Source: Ostreococcus lucimarinus | Taxonomy: Eukaryota | Length of the DNA: 64,000 nt | Assembly: GCA_000092065.1 (NCBI GenBank) | Contig: CP000584.1 | Direction: 5' to 3' (one strand) | Shown: positions 19,401-29,945 of the stretch, piece after piece | Layout: the number at the start of each line of letters is the position of its first letter | Position numbering within the stretch: position 1 is the stretch's first letter | The notes under the pieces: model-generated | Databases searched by the model: none | What the model saw: the letters and a program-made list of their open reading frames with translations, nothing else | Told to the model about the DNA's origin: nothing | Program-made: the position numbers and the translations under genes

Positions 19401-21838
19401 ACGCCAACGATGGACTAGCTCCATCACCTGTCAATCCGCCGACGGAGCGGAAGACGGCTTCTTGGCGCGCCAGGGTGAAATCTACGCAGCCTGGCGAAGA
19501 ACGCAAGTCGTTGTCGGAATCGCTGCGAGGTATGGCTGATAGACCAAGACCCGGTCCCGTGACAGAGTCTTTCAACGAAGATAACATATCTAGTGCGTCA
19601 CCGAGCAGAGATGGAGATACGATGTCAAATTCACACTCGGCACGAAGTCCCCGCAACTCGCGTTCACGCGGTTCGCAAACAACTGGAGATTCTGCGCACG
19701 CGTACAACACCCTCGTGCCCATCGTGGAGTATACGTCGATGCCACCCTTGCTGAACATAGACTACAGCCTCCCGAGGATATCCGAAGACGTACACGCCGG
19801 TAAAGCCAGGAAGGCGTTGGGATTACCCGTGCGTGACATCGTTGTTGATGAGACGAAAATTGACAAATCTTCAAAGAAGAACATCGCCGAAGAGGACTGG
19901 TTACGCAATGCCGGTGCGACAAAGGATGAGATTTGCATGATGTACCCGTCGTTGGGTTTCATCAAGCCGCGACGCCCGATGCGACGTTTGCTATTCATGC
20001 TTATCAAGCATCCCGCGTTTGAGGCGCTCATGCTCGTTCTCATCGTATTCTCGTGCATCCAGCTCGCGCTCGACGCGCCCACAGTGCATCCAGAAAGTGA
20101 TTTGGCCAGCGTTCTCAAAGCAGCGGACGTATCTTTCACGCTCATATTTTTGGGCGAGGCAATCATAAAAGTAATTGCGATGGGCTTCGTTATGCACCCA
20201 GGAGCATACCTTCGATCTCCTGCGAACTGCTTTGACTTTTTCATTGTCATCGTATCGCTCGCCGTCGAAACCATGAGCGCGTCAGCACTGAAGTCTATGC
20301 GCAGCTTCAGGTTATTTCGAGCTCTGCGTCCTTTGCGCCTGTTAAATCGAGTTAAGAGTATGCAAATCGTCGTTGCGACGCTGCTTCACGTCCTACCTGA
20401 TCTTGGGAGTGTGATGCTGTTGGGATTGTTTCAGTTTTTGATTTTCGCAATTCTGGGCTCGCAGTTATTTGCTGGTAAATTTGATTACTGCAACGACCCT
20501 ACGGTCTCTGGAATGCACGCGTGCGTCGGGACGTTCGTTGACGAGAAAGGTGCACACGTGACTCGCCGGTGGCTCAATCCGCCACTGAACTTCGATAACA
20601 CCCTGCTCGCTCTACTGAGTCTCTTCGTCATCGTCACACGTGACGGATGGCTTTCTGTAGCGTTTCAAGGCATGGACTCAACGGATACGGACTTGCAGCC
20701 ATCTTTAAACAACAGTGGCTGGACAGCTATTTATTTTTTGAGCTTTATTGTGATCCTCTCTTTCGTCTGGTTGAGTATGATCGTCGCCCTCGTGTGCGAG
20801 AGTTACAAGAAGGCTTGTGTGTTGAGCAACTCGACGCAGACGCTCAACGCCGAGCAGCAAGAGTGGGCGGAAGTTTTGCGTATGAAAAAACACGACGCCG
20901 AGCTCAAAATATTGGATGACGACACAACCGGGGCGCCACGGTTTTTCATTCGAAAATCGGCTTACTCCTTAGCCACGAACCCTCGATTTGAGGCTTTCAT
21001 CGTTGGCTGCATCATTGCCAACACTATCACCATGGCGTCGTATCACGACGGACAACCGAAAGCCTATGCCGAAATTCAACGAGCGGCGAATGTGTTTTTC
21101 TCTTGGATCTTCTTGTTAGAGCTCTCGTTGAAAATGGTCGCACTGTTCCCGAAACGTTACTTTTCAGAGCGCTGGAACGTGTTTGATTTCATCATCGTCG
21201 TGGCTAGTATTCCCGACCTCGCAGGTGTGGATTTCGCCGGTACCACGGTGCTCCGCGTCATCCGACTTGGACGCGCGCTACGTCTGTTTAAACAAGCGAA
21301 GGGTCTACGTACGGTTTTCAATACGCTATTGAGCTCCTTTGAAAGCGCGTTTAACGTCGTTTTCCTGATATTCATGTTGATGTTTGTGTACGCGGTGCTT
21401 GGCATGAATCTCTTCGGCGACTACGAAACCACGTATCCGAGTGGACGTGTGGAGAACTTTCGGAACTTTGGCGCATCGCTTATGGTTCTCTTGCGAGTCA
21501 TCACGCGTGATAATTGGAAGCGTATCATGTTCGACACGATGAAATGTGAATACAATGTGGACGGCGTCGCGGCGAATTGCAGTTACATCTTCGTCCCGGC
21601 GCTCTTCTTCACGAGCTTCATATTGTTGGGGGCGTACGTGTTGTTGAGCCTTATCATCGCCTCCATTTTGGACAAATTTACTGAAAACGCTGTGAACGAG
21701 GGCCTGCTTTCGACGGCGAATATATTCGTCACTGTCCGTCGAAAGTTGCTGCTTGACACGTTTTCCACCAAGCTCAAGATGAAGCTCGACTCGTTCAAAG
21801 TGAAGAAGCCCACGAGAGGGGCACGAAAGAAAAAGTAG
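16424..21838 (+). CDS. Four-domain voltage-gated cation channel (Cav/Nav/NALCN superfamily), 1804 aa, single exon.
   Basis: There are four repeats, each with S1-S6. The S4 segments carry R/K every third residue (IRGIRALRPLRSI; AFRLLRVMRTTRLITR; SFRLFRALRPLRLLNR; LRVIRLGRALRLFKQAK). Pore loops align with Cav (FNNIMGAGFIIYRVLTLRGWTDLMY; FEILTGSHWYKLM; FVIVTRDGWLSV; LRVITRDNWKRIM). Long cytosolic I-II and II-III linkers are present. Confidence 0.85.
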   Translation: MDDKVERRERTARALREAEYAKAQRGNFFVRNHARAKRYWYELNQNDTSLYLFPPRSGVRRNAQRLIAWKWFERVTIMLIVANCFTLALYRPLEKHGRTNQNLEVAETIFTVMFTLEFLARVVANNFIFGPPESDVYLRDGWRVLDFTVVIGGWVSVGVMVAGGSGGGLTAIRGIRALRPLRSISGFPGLRVFVSTTFASMGMVRDVVFFLFVVMIVLGILGVQRYAGKLSNRCAYASTLDLVMEQIEFPCSKSTGGRSCGPMQVCIATALTGMDDGHSTFNNIMGAGFIIYRVLTLRGWTDLMYQVIDATGDRVLAIIYFIIIVAVGAIFVSSFMLAAVTTKYRQTAILDEKRALDAETEDKSKALSNPKSKRVLASRRAGRFSYGERLERMMERPLAFMRREFIYQRWLQMFVKHKYFENGITSAIVVNTIILAVHFRGMGSEMETAVNNLNYLLLSVFVFELVMKVLAFGILGYSKDRYNLFDATVVTAGLIELAYRNSSLAVARAFRLLRVMRTTRLITRNKNMRRLIDTTMESFSAILNFCGVLFVFVFVFTVLGMQLFGGRDEFWDARPNFNTFGDSFLSVFEILTGSHWYKLMLVAMSGSYGAPAALFFICWSFIGSFVLLNLIAAMLIDTFSRTMRAKELELERLREEKKETERREAEAKRQREINTLLEGNNDDEMDKVEVHQEGISTELTRLMKPNEIRRHPDAKRIVNRMNTRKQRAFAREVQLIERWLEIIGFTENDSDVDSDSEDNAVDANEQLVKDRALLVDELAVDDGVPESQLTTLMREKASRKVSALVATGIPIPMDDRQVRAAYRRWRIDAAAEQGSDSDEDMNIQNTNTLRDEYGGTADGTAASAMEVRRHLQEHALAELRRSLLERSGESGTKDALQWASQAPTIGLAMKSAEARMRPEEQTAIIAQRRAEGNKSGHLGKFKGDGMSAEGAAAIAEANLLSMRIRESERLEAIKKKRGQSVDEDVPAASDDVDANDGLAPSPVNPPTERKTASWRARVKSTQPGEERKSLSESLRGMADRPRPGPVTESFNEDNISSASPSRDGDTMSNSHSARSPRNSRSRGSQTTGDSAHAYNTLVPIVEYTSMPPLLNIDYSLPRISEDVHAGKARKALGLPVRDIVVDETKIDKSSKKNIAEEDWLRNAGATKDEICMMYPSLGFIKPRRPMRRLLFMLIKHPAFEALMLVLIVFSCIQLALDAPTVHPESDLASVLKAADVSFTLIFLGEAIIKVIAMGFVMHPGAYLRSPANCFDFFIVIVSLAVETMSASALKSMRSFRLFRALRPLRLLNRVKSMQIVVATLLHVLPDLGSVMLLGLFQFLIFAILGSQLFAGKFDYCNDPTVSGMHACVGTFVDEKGAHVTRRWLNPPLNFDNTLLALLSLFVIVTRDGWLSVAFQGMDSTDTDLQPSLNNSGWTAIYFLSFIVILSFVWLSMIVALVCESYKKACVLSNSTQTLNAEQQEWAEVLRMKKHDAELKILDDDTTGAPRFFIRKSAYSLATNPRFEAFIVGCIIANTITMASYHDGQPKAYAEIQRAANVFFSWIFLLELSLKMVALFPKRYFSERWNVFDFIIVVASIPDLAGVDFAGTTVLRVIRLGRALRLFKQAKGLRTVFNTLLSSFESAFNVVFLIFMLMFVYAVLGMNLFGDYETTYPSGRVENFRNFGASLMVLLRVITRDNWKRIMFDTMKCEYNVDGVAANCSYIFVPALFFTSFILLGAYVLLSLIIASILDKFTENAVNEGLLSTANIFVTVRRKLLLDTFSTKLKMKLDSFKVKKPTRGARKKK

Positions 21839-22035
21839 GACTCGATGAAAGTGTCGAGTGTGTAAAGTAGCTCTATGAAATGGAAATGATTATAAATGGT
21901 CACTTAAGCATGATTTACAGCGGTCTGCGATGTGGTTACAGAGGCGGCAGTGAAGAATACAGGTGAGTCAATAGAAGTCAATCGACTTCAGCGCGCGTGC
22001 GTTTCTGATGAATGTTCGTAAATGGTACCAGTGGA

Positions 22036-23481
22036 TTATTTTTCAGTCTTTTCTTTCTGCTCGGATGTTTCATTCTCAGTCTTGATGGCTTTTATCTTTG
22101 CCGACGTTGTCGCCGTTACGGAAGTGTTTGCGGCGGGCGCCACCGAGCCAAAGCCGTATGGATTTTGCATCGCTCCTTGGAACTGTTGCATTTGAATGAA
22201 GTGCGCCGCCATCTGCTGGTTAAACATCTGTTGCTGAATCGCTTGGAAAACTGCCGGATTTGAATGATCTTGCTGATCTGTGAATTGCGCCCACGGATTC
22301 TGGAACAGCGATGAGTACTGCATCGCCGACATCACGTTTCCAGAGCCGGGCGCCCGAGCGGCCGGGGCGTACGTAGTCGTCGCCGCGGTGGCAGCTGTAG
22401 GATAAGAAGGCGTCGGATGCGATAAACAGTCTGTTTTAAGCGCAGCCTCAGAGATGGGCGTGGCTGGTGCGACGTGCGCGCCGCTCAGCGCAGGTTGTGG
22501 TAGGGACGCCGAATTCTGCATGCCGCCAAATGGGAACATGCTCTTGTTCCAAAACTGCATCCCCCAGCGCGAGGCGGCTGACATTATGGCTGCCGAAGCC
22601 GCCGCAGCGGCCGCAGCTTGAGCTTGGGCGTGCTTGTCGCTCGTCGACAACATACCCGCGTTCACGTATCCCGCGACGGTCGGGTCGATGCCCCACCCTG
22701 AGACGTTGTAGCCCATCGCGGCGGTGTCGCCTACGGGCGCTTGTTGCGACCCTTCCGCGCTCCCTTGCTCATCGGTGGGCGATCGGTCGCGCAGCGCGGT
22801 GTCTGAACCAGCGTTCGACCCGTTGGTGTTCCATCCCGAGGGCTGTCGTCCGCCGTAACCCGAGTTCATGCCTTCGCCTTGCTCGGCTTCGGTGGCGCTT
22901 CCGTCTGAGGAACCGTCGCGCTTGGTTCGCGCCGTCTTGCTCCGATTTCTGTTCGAGCCCTTCTCAGCGGGCGTCGCCGGCGTGCATCTCGCCCGCTTAC
23001 CGCCAACATGTTGATCATCGTTGCCCTGCGCAACCGCGAATCGCCCCCGTACATCCTTGAGCGAATTCTTCTTTCTCCGTCCCGCGCCCACGCGCACGTT
23101 GCGCAACGACCCGCCTTCGGTCCAATACCTGCAACACTTCTTACAGTAGAACCTCGGCTGCTTGATGTTGTAATTGTTATAGTAACAAAACTTCGTATCG
23201 TCGCTCTTACACCGCGGGCACGCCACCGCGTAATCCGGCTTCGGCAAAGGTTCGCGCTTCTTCTCGTCGCCGCCGACCTCCGTCTTCGCGCGCGCACGCT
23301 TCCCCGCGTTCGCCGCATCACCGTCCCCGCTCGCGCGCGCGTTCATCGTCGGCACCCCCGCATTTCGTTGCGACTGCAACCTCTGTTCTTTCGCCGCGTT
23401 CGCCTCCGCCGCTTGTCGCCGCACCTCGCGCGCCTTGGCGTTCGAAGTCGCCCGCGCCCGCGCGTTATCCGACGCGCGCAA
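22036..23481 (-). CDS. Dof-type zinc-finger transcription factor.
   Basis: [51 protein letters not shown] is a canonical Dof domain. The C-terminal half is Gln/Ala/Ser-rich and low-complexity, as expected for an activation region. Confidence 0.85.
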   Translation of the reverse strand: MRASDNARARATSNAKAREVRRQAAEANAAKEQRLQSQRNAGVPTMNARASGDGDAANAGKRARAKTEVGGDEKKREPLPKPDYAVACPRCKSDDTKFCYYNNYNIKQPRFYCKKCCRYWTEGGSLRNVRVGAGRRKKNSLKDVRGRFAVAQGNDDQHVGGKRARCTPATPAEKGSNRNRSKTARTKRDGSSDGSATEAEQGEGMNSGYGGRQPSGWNTNGSNAGSDTALRDRSPTDEQGSAEGSQQAPVGDTAAMGYNVSGWGIDPTVAGYVNAGMLSTSDKHAQAQAAAAAAASAAIMSAASRWGMQFWNKSMFPFGGMQNSASLPQPALSGAHVAPATPISEAALKTDCLSHPTPSYPTAATAATTTYAPAARAPGSGNVMSAMQYSSLFQNPWAQFTDQQDHSNPAVFQAIQQQMFNQQMAAHFIQMQQFQGAMQNPYGFGSVAPAANTSVTATTSAKIKAIKTENETSEQKEKTEK

Positions 23482-24020
23482 TTCCGACGCTGGAATCGCG
23501 GCGAATATCGCATCCTACGTCGTCGAAAAGCCCCGATCGCGCGCGCAGTTCCGTCAGTCATTTACGTTCGCACCATTTCGCGCCGTCATCGCTCGCATAG
23601 CTCGTCGCGGCTTCGCGCGTCGTCGCGACTTCGCGCGTCATCGCGACGTCGCATCGCTTCATCTCGCACCAATCCCGTCGCCGCGCGCGGTTCTGCCTTC
23701 GCGCGATCGTCACCGCCGTCGTCGCGCACGACCGCGACGGAAATCCCCTCGCTCGCCGCGCGCGCGGGGGGGGTCCGCATCGCGTCGCGTCGTCGTCTCG
23801 CGCGCGGCACGCGTCGCGTCGCGGTCGCCGCGGATTGATTGTCGTTCGCGGCGCCCGGTGCCGACGCGGGGGGGCGCTCGATGGCGAGTCACGACTCGAG
23901 CGCGACCCTCGACCGATCGCTTTTTCTCTTTCGGCGATTTTTTCAACCGACGACGTCGACGGGCGTTTGGAGCCGCGCGAAGTGGATAAGATTGAAGATT
24001 TTTATTTTCGCGTGGGCGCG

Positions 24021-27000
24021 CTAGGCGAAGGGGGACGACGCGGCGACGCGCGGACGCGGGGAACCGTCGGCGCGGGCGTCGGACGGTTTGAGCGACGACG
24101 CTTCGAGGCGCTCGATTTTCGATGCCGCGGATTTTAAACCGTCGAGCGCGGCGACGAGGGCGGATTCGTCGGCGTTGGCGGGGGACGACGTCAAGTCGTC
24201 GCACGACAACGCGTCGCACTGGTCTCGAAGACTGGCGGTGACGTCGAAACCGAGCGCGGCTTGGTCGACGGCGCGCGGGAAGACCGCGAGGAAGTCACAC
24301 GCGGCGCGCGCGGCTCGATAGAGGGCCACGGCGACGGCTTCGGAGTACGCATTGCCAGTCTTTCGCGTCGAGGCGTCGGCGATGGGCGAGCCGTGCGGCG
24401 CCGTACCGATGAGCGGCGACGTGGGTTCGCGCACGGAGTCACCTCTCGCGGTGGCTTGGAACCATGCCTGAGTGGCACGCGTCGCCGGTGGTTTTGCCGC
24501 CAACGTTTCATCGGCTCGCGTCTTTCGAGGACATCGCAAGCCCCCGACAACCTGAGGCGCGGCGAACCATCGAAGAAAGCTCACGCACGCCACGCGACAG
24601 CGCATCTGGCCTTCGGGCGAAGAAACTTGCCACTGCGCACCGAAAGTGGACGCGAGACGGCTGAAGAACAACGCCGTCACTTCGACTTCCTTGAGCGTCG
24701 CGAGTGTGATCTCTTTTGGCGCCAAAGCGGCGAGCATTCGAGCTTCCAACGCCGCGCAAAAGCGAACGAGATCAGCCCCGACGTCTACAGAGTGCACGGC
24801 GAGCGGCGATCCCGCGAGCATGGCGGTGACGCGCAGAGCGGAGCAATATATATCGTGATTTGTCGTGTTGTGACGTTCGGCCTTGTTTGACTCGACGCAC
24901 AAGATGGCGAGAAGACGGACGGTGTCCGACGCGAGTAAAATCTCCGCTCCTTGATCGCTCTTGGAAAGGCTCAGGCACGTGTTTAGAGCGGCGATGGTCA
25001 CACTGTCGACGTCGTCGTCGCCTGTCGCCGGCCGGAGCGCCGGCATTATCTTGTAGGTACTGAGCACTTGAAGCAGCGCCGACGTCGGAAGCAGGTCGCT
25101 GGCGATGTCTGCGAGCAACATGAGCGCCACGCTCGATGTCGTCGAAGCCTTAGCGTTATTCGTTCCAGAGTCCCCTGCAGCAGCTTGGCAAATGAGAGGT
25201 ATGAGAGGCAACGCGGACTGGCCAAGCTCATAACTCGGCTGCACTGTCTTAGCAGATTGCATTCCGGCGCGCCACGCTCGGATGGCGAACAGCATGGCGG
25301 TGAGCAATGGGTTCACGAGAGACGCCGCTTCTCGCGATGGCGATCCCGAAGCGCTTGTTCGAGGAGCCAAAACCGTCGACACAACCAATATCACGCGCTG
25401 CACCGGTTCGAAATCGTTCTCCGCTGGTGTCTGAGGTGACGCACTGGATACTGAAACGCTCCACAACTGTGTCACGACGGACAACAACGTGGCCATTTCA
25501 TTCGCCAACGGGCTGACGTAGGAAGGCATGCTCGCTGAATCCGTCACGATGATCTTCTGCAAACGCTCAGCGACGTTCAATACGAGATCTCTTCGACTAT
25601 CTCTCGAAAGCCCATCGAGGAGAGTTTTCGGCGCACCTGTCGTCGTTGAGGCAGGTTGCGTGAACACCCCGGCGTGCATCTTCGGCAACTCACCAAAGGC
25701 GGCAGCGGCGATGAAGGAGCTCAACGAACAGATAGCGGACGACTGCGCGTCTGTGATCGACGACAGTAGGCACGTCTCGGCGAGCTGAGCGCTCATCGCA
25801 CGCCCCATGTCTGCTAGGGCTCCTTCGGGTGCGCCCCACTGATCGTCCGCGTTCGAACCCACACATCCCGTAGCGACGCGAATCCAATAGGAGTCGTACA
25901 AATACGATTCACCGTACTCAGCAGTACCAGCGACGCTGAGAGGAGCCGGAGCGAACGCCACGGCCTCGACGTGCATATCGCGGGCCGCCTGCACGAGTCT
26001 ATGCACCGCATCGGCTGACATAATAGAGCTCGGGCTTTGTGTAGCCGCCTCTCGAGCGACGGCTTCTAGAATTGCGACATTCGACGCCCCAGACGCTCTC
26101 AAATCTTTCGCCGACGCGTGCGAGAGCAAAGCGTCTCTGATTTTTCCACACATCCACTGTAATGTCGCGTCTGCCATCAACGGCGAGCGCTTCGCACTCA
26201 TATCTTCGCGCTCAAGAACCGATATGCATTGCAGAACGAACGCTTGCGCGGCGAATTGCGTCTTTTGGCGCGACAAAGCGCAACTCTCGTGCGAGAGACA
26301 CGTATCAATCCATGAACTGATGCGTGAGTTCGCGCACCATTCTCGTACCTGCGCGTTAAACGTCGCGCTCGACGTCCCGTCGAGAGCATTCATAGACGAC
26401 TCCGCTTCGATGGCGAATAGCGAAAGCACAGAACTAGCCGCGCTCAAGCTATGCGCCACCGCCGGTGGAGTAACTTCCTTCTCCGGTTGATCCACGCACG
26501 TCGCCAGTCTTTTCCACAACTCGACGTCCTTGACCTTGAGTGTCTGAATAGACTCGATGAGAAGTGGCTGGCGGCGCCAGAGAGCATCGAGCATGCGCAA
26601 AAGTGCCGCCAGGCAACGGGGCGACTGCGAGCGTATCTTTGTGGTGTCCTCGAGGATGTCCCACACTAAAGCCAACGCTCCTTCAACAGTCTTTTTCGTC
26701 TTTGTCGGGAGCGGCGGCGTCGGTGGTGGTTGCGTCGTAGGCGTCGTAGGTGCGAGAGCATTTGTCGGCGTCGTAGGTGCGGCAAGTGCGCCGGAAGCAG
26801 TCGGAGCTGGTAATGAAGCGGGGCGCTCTTCTTCGGGCTCTTTTTCGGGCACGAGTAAGGTGGCGACCCATTCCGGCTGATTTGCGATACCTGCGCTGAG
26901 TAAATCTGCGATGTCACACACGGCGTCCAAATCAGCGTGCTTGAACATGTGCTGCATCGAGCTCAGAATCTCCGCTCGATCTTGTCTGTCTAGCGTTGCA

Positions 27001-29786
27001 GCCATGGGAACGGCGTTCGCCGCCGCGCACAAAGGCACGAGGGCCGGAAGTGCGAGTGGAAAACACGCCGCAGCGTACGGATATCCGGCATATGACGCGA
27101 TCGAGCTCGCAAAGGGAGCACCATTATTACTAGTTTCGATGAGCAGCATTCGCTCGAGTACACCACCGAAATTATCACCTGCGTGATAAACGATGAGTGG
27201 TATAGACCTGAGCACCGTCGCAATTGCTTCTTCGAGAGCCGTAACTTCCTCTGTTCGAGGCGCACCGCCTTCTTCATGCAACTTGCGTAGAGACGCTGCA
27301 TCGTACACGAGTGGTGCAAACGATCCAAAGCAAATCGCCTTGTCGTTGATCAAGTAGGACAGCACCTTGTCACGAAGTCTAATGGCAAAATCGCCGTGTC
27401 GGGGAGTGAAAATTTGATAGATGATGCGCTGCACCGCCGCGTGAACGATCCATTTTTCAGCTTTGTGCCTGTACCGCCACTGCACGTGACGGACAGCAAT
27501 TTCTTGCAGGACATGATCTACGAGGGCCTCGAGCTTATCGCCAAGCCCACCATGTTGGAGTAATGTCTCCACTAAACTAAGCACGGCCAACGTCAACGGA
27601 TATTCACCGAGGCGCGACTCGCTGTCGCGAATGGCGCGAATCAACCCGGGGACACCAGTGCCTGGAGTGCCCGACAGGAGCGGCGCCTCGAGTACCTCTG
27701 CAACGGTTCTAGTGGGCTCAGCCGCGGCGAGTGCAGATAATGCCTGTAACACGGTGGCGGTCGATTGAATGCTTTGCTCCGTATGAAGAGACTTGCTTCG
27801 CACGTGCAACGCCAACGAAAGACCTGTGAGGATGTCGGTCGGTGACCCTTTCGGCACGGACTCAGAAACGTCACATGATAACATTGGTCTCGCAAATGAT
27901 GGTGCGTGCGTCAAAACTTTGGACAAGAATAACGTCGTCGCGTCGAGTTCATCACTCTCGCTCGTCGTCAATTCTCTGCTCAACCCCGCACTCGCGAGCA
28001 GGGAAAGGCGAGTCAGACAAAGATGCAAGCCGTCAGCAGGTGCGGCCCAGACGATCAACGGTGTGGTTTGTGTGCCCATATCAATTGCCAAACCGGACAT
28101 GCCAGCTTCGATGAATCCGCCGGGAATGTAAGGACTTGTAAGCCGATGGATGGCGGTGACCGAACCGCTCGCGAAGCCCGACTCGACGTCCATCACAGCG
28201 TCCTCGCTTGGTTTCAAGCCTTGCTGCATGATGTCTGGAGAAGGCACCGGTAGAGCAACCGTCGGCAGTTGTGCGATGTATGCCAACGCGCACTCCGCCG
28301 CGCGATGGCCCTCGGAAAACGCCGCGAGTACTCTCAACAGTGGGGCGGAATCGTAAGGAAACCGCTCTCGACAGCCTTCCAAGAGCGCGAAGAGCGGAGC
28401 CTCTTGGCCGTCCTCTCTCGCACCACCCCAGAACTGCTCGCATAGCACTGGCTGATGTGCGAGAAGTTTTCGTAGAACGCTCAAAATCTGGTTCAGGTCG
28501 TGAGTGGGCAAGCGGTGAACGGGAAGCATGTCGTACGCGGCGAGAATGGTGGAGAACATATTCTTCAGCACGCTCTTGTGGAGCGTCACGGTGGCGTCTT
28601 CGCCTCGCAACTGTTCCGCATCGAGCAAGTGCGACAGCGCAGAGAGCCCGCATTCGTTCGCTTTCTGCGTCATGATTTCGATCGAAAATCCGCCCGGCAT
28701 GTACTCAGCATCCACCGGTAGCAACGTGAGAAACGTTGACCACGCGAGCAGCGTTGGTCCGTGCGCCGCGTCGCTCTGCCATTTTTCCATCATTTCAGTG
28801 ATGGACTTTAGCACAGTCGCTTCCAAAAAACCGTGCGCATTCAGGCTCTTCCCGGAAAATCGATCGACTAAGTTTTCTAAATCCATCGCCGCGATCAGGG
28901 TGACGTTGCACAGCGCGCGAATATCCTCCGTGAACGCGTTCACGTGCGCCTGGGGCGCGTGCGACTCGAGCTCAATCGCCGCCGCGGGCGCGCGCCTGAG
29001 CGCACCCTTCTCAAACATTCGAGCCAACTTCATGAACATTTCAGGTTTGCACTTCACGCGGTTGTAGTACAGCAAAAATAGAACCTCCAGCAGCGCCACC
29101 GTCTCTTCGAGCGTTTGCCCCGCCCACGCCGCGGCGTCCTCCGGACTCGCCCCCTCGGGCCCGCTCGCGCTCGCCCCGCTCATGTGCCGATCGAGCGCGC
29201 GCCACACGTTCTCCTCGAACCCAAGATCGAGCATCTTCGTCACCGCGCGCTCCCACGCGTCGCCATCCGCGCCGCTCGACGCGTCCCCGCTCGTTCTCGA
29301 GAGCAGCGCGTGCGCGCACTTGATGGTCCCGAGTCGCTCCCGAAAGTAAAACCGCATCACCTCTCGCACCACCTCCTCCGTCGCCTCGCTCGGTCGCGGC
29401 ATTTCGCTCTCATCCAGCGCGCGTCTGAGCAGGACGTACGTCTGCGTCTCGTCCAACCGCAATCGTCTCGCGCACTCCGTCGCCACCTTCGCCGTCGTCG
29501 CGCTCACCCTCAGCGTCTTCCCCCCGTACTCCACGCTCCCGCCGCGCAGCGCCTCCGCGCTCGCCGCGCGCGTCGGTCCGTACGTTTCGCACGCGCGCGC
29601 GACGTGTTCGAGCGCGTCCTCGAGCGTCGACGTCGTCGCGTCGTCGACGACGTCGCCGCGCTGAACGGTCTCATCCAGGGCGTAAAACAGCGCGCGCGCG
29701 TTCGGCAGCGTCGCCGTCGCCGTCGCCGTCGACGTCGGCGCGAGCGGCGCGGCGGCGAGCGCGCTCGGCGCCGGCGCGCTCGGCGC

Positions 29787-29818
<32 letters not shown>

Positions 29819-29837
29819 CGCCGAACGCGAACGACAT
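24021..29837 (-). CDS. Very large (~1938 aa) predicted alpha-solenoid protein of unassigned family. The N-terminus begins MSFAFGAPAPAPAP. A scaffold-nucleoporin-like (Nup188/Nup205-type) protein is possible.
   Basis: This is a continuous 5.8-kb ORF with non-repetitive, helix-rich composition throughout. I recognise no catalytic motifs. The first Met matching a sensible start is at 29837; the ORF upstream of it is Arg-rich and junk-like. Confidence 0.45.
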
Positions 29838-29945
29838 GTCGTTCGACGCGCGCGTCGAAGTGCCGCACTCGCGCGCGCGCGTCGGATCGCCGACGCGCGA
29901 ATTCGCGCGCCGATCGTCGAGCGCGCGCGTCCGCGCGACGTCGCG

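Noticed and set aside
23482-24020. E2F-like TTTTCGCGTGGGCGCGC element and G-runs in the Dof upstream region
   Set aside because: The match to the E2F consensus (TTTSSCGC) is imperfect. In 64% GC DNA such CG-rich strings occur by chance, and I cannot support a regulatory call from sequence alone.
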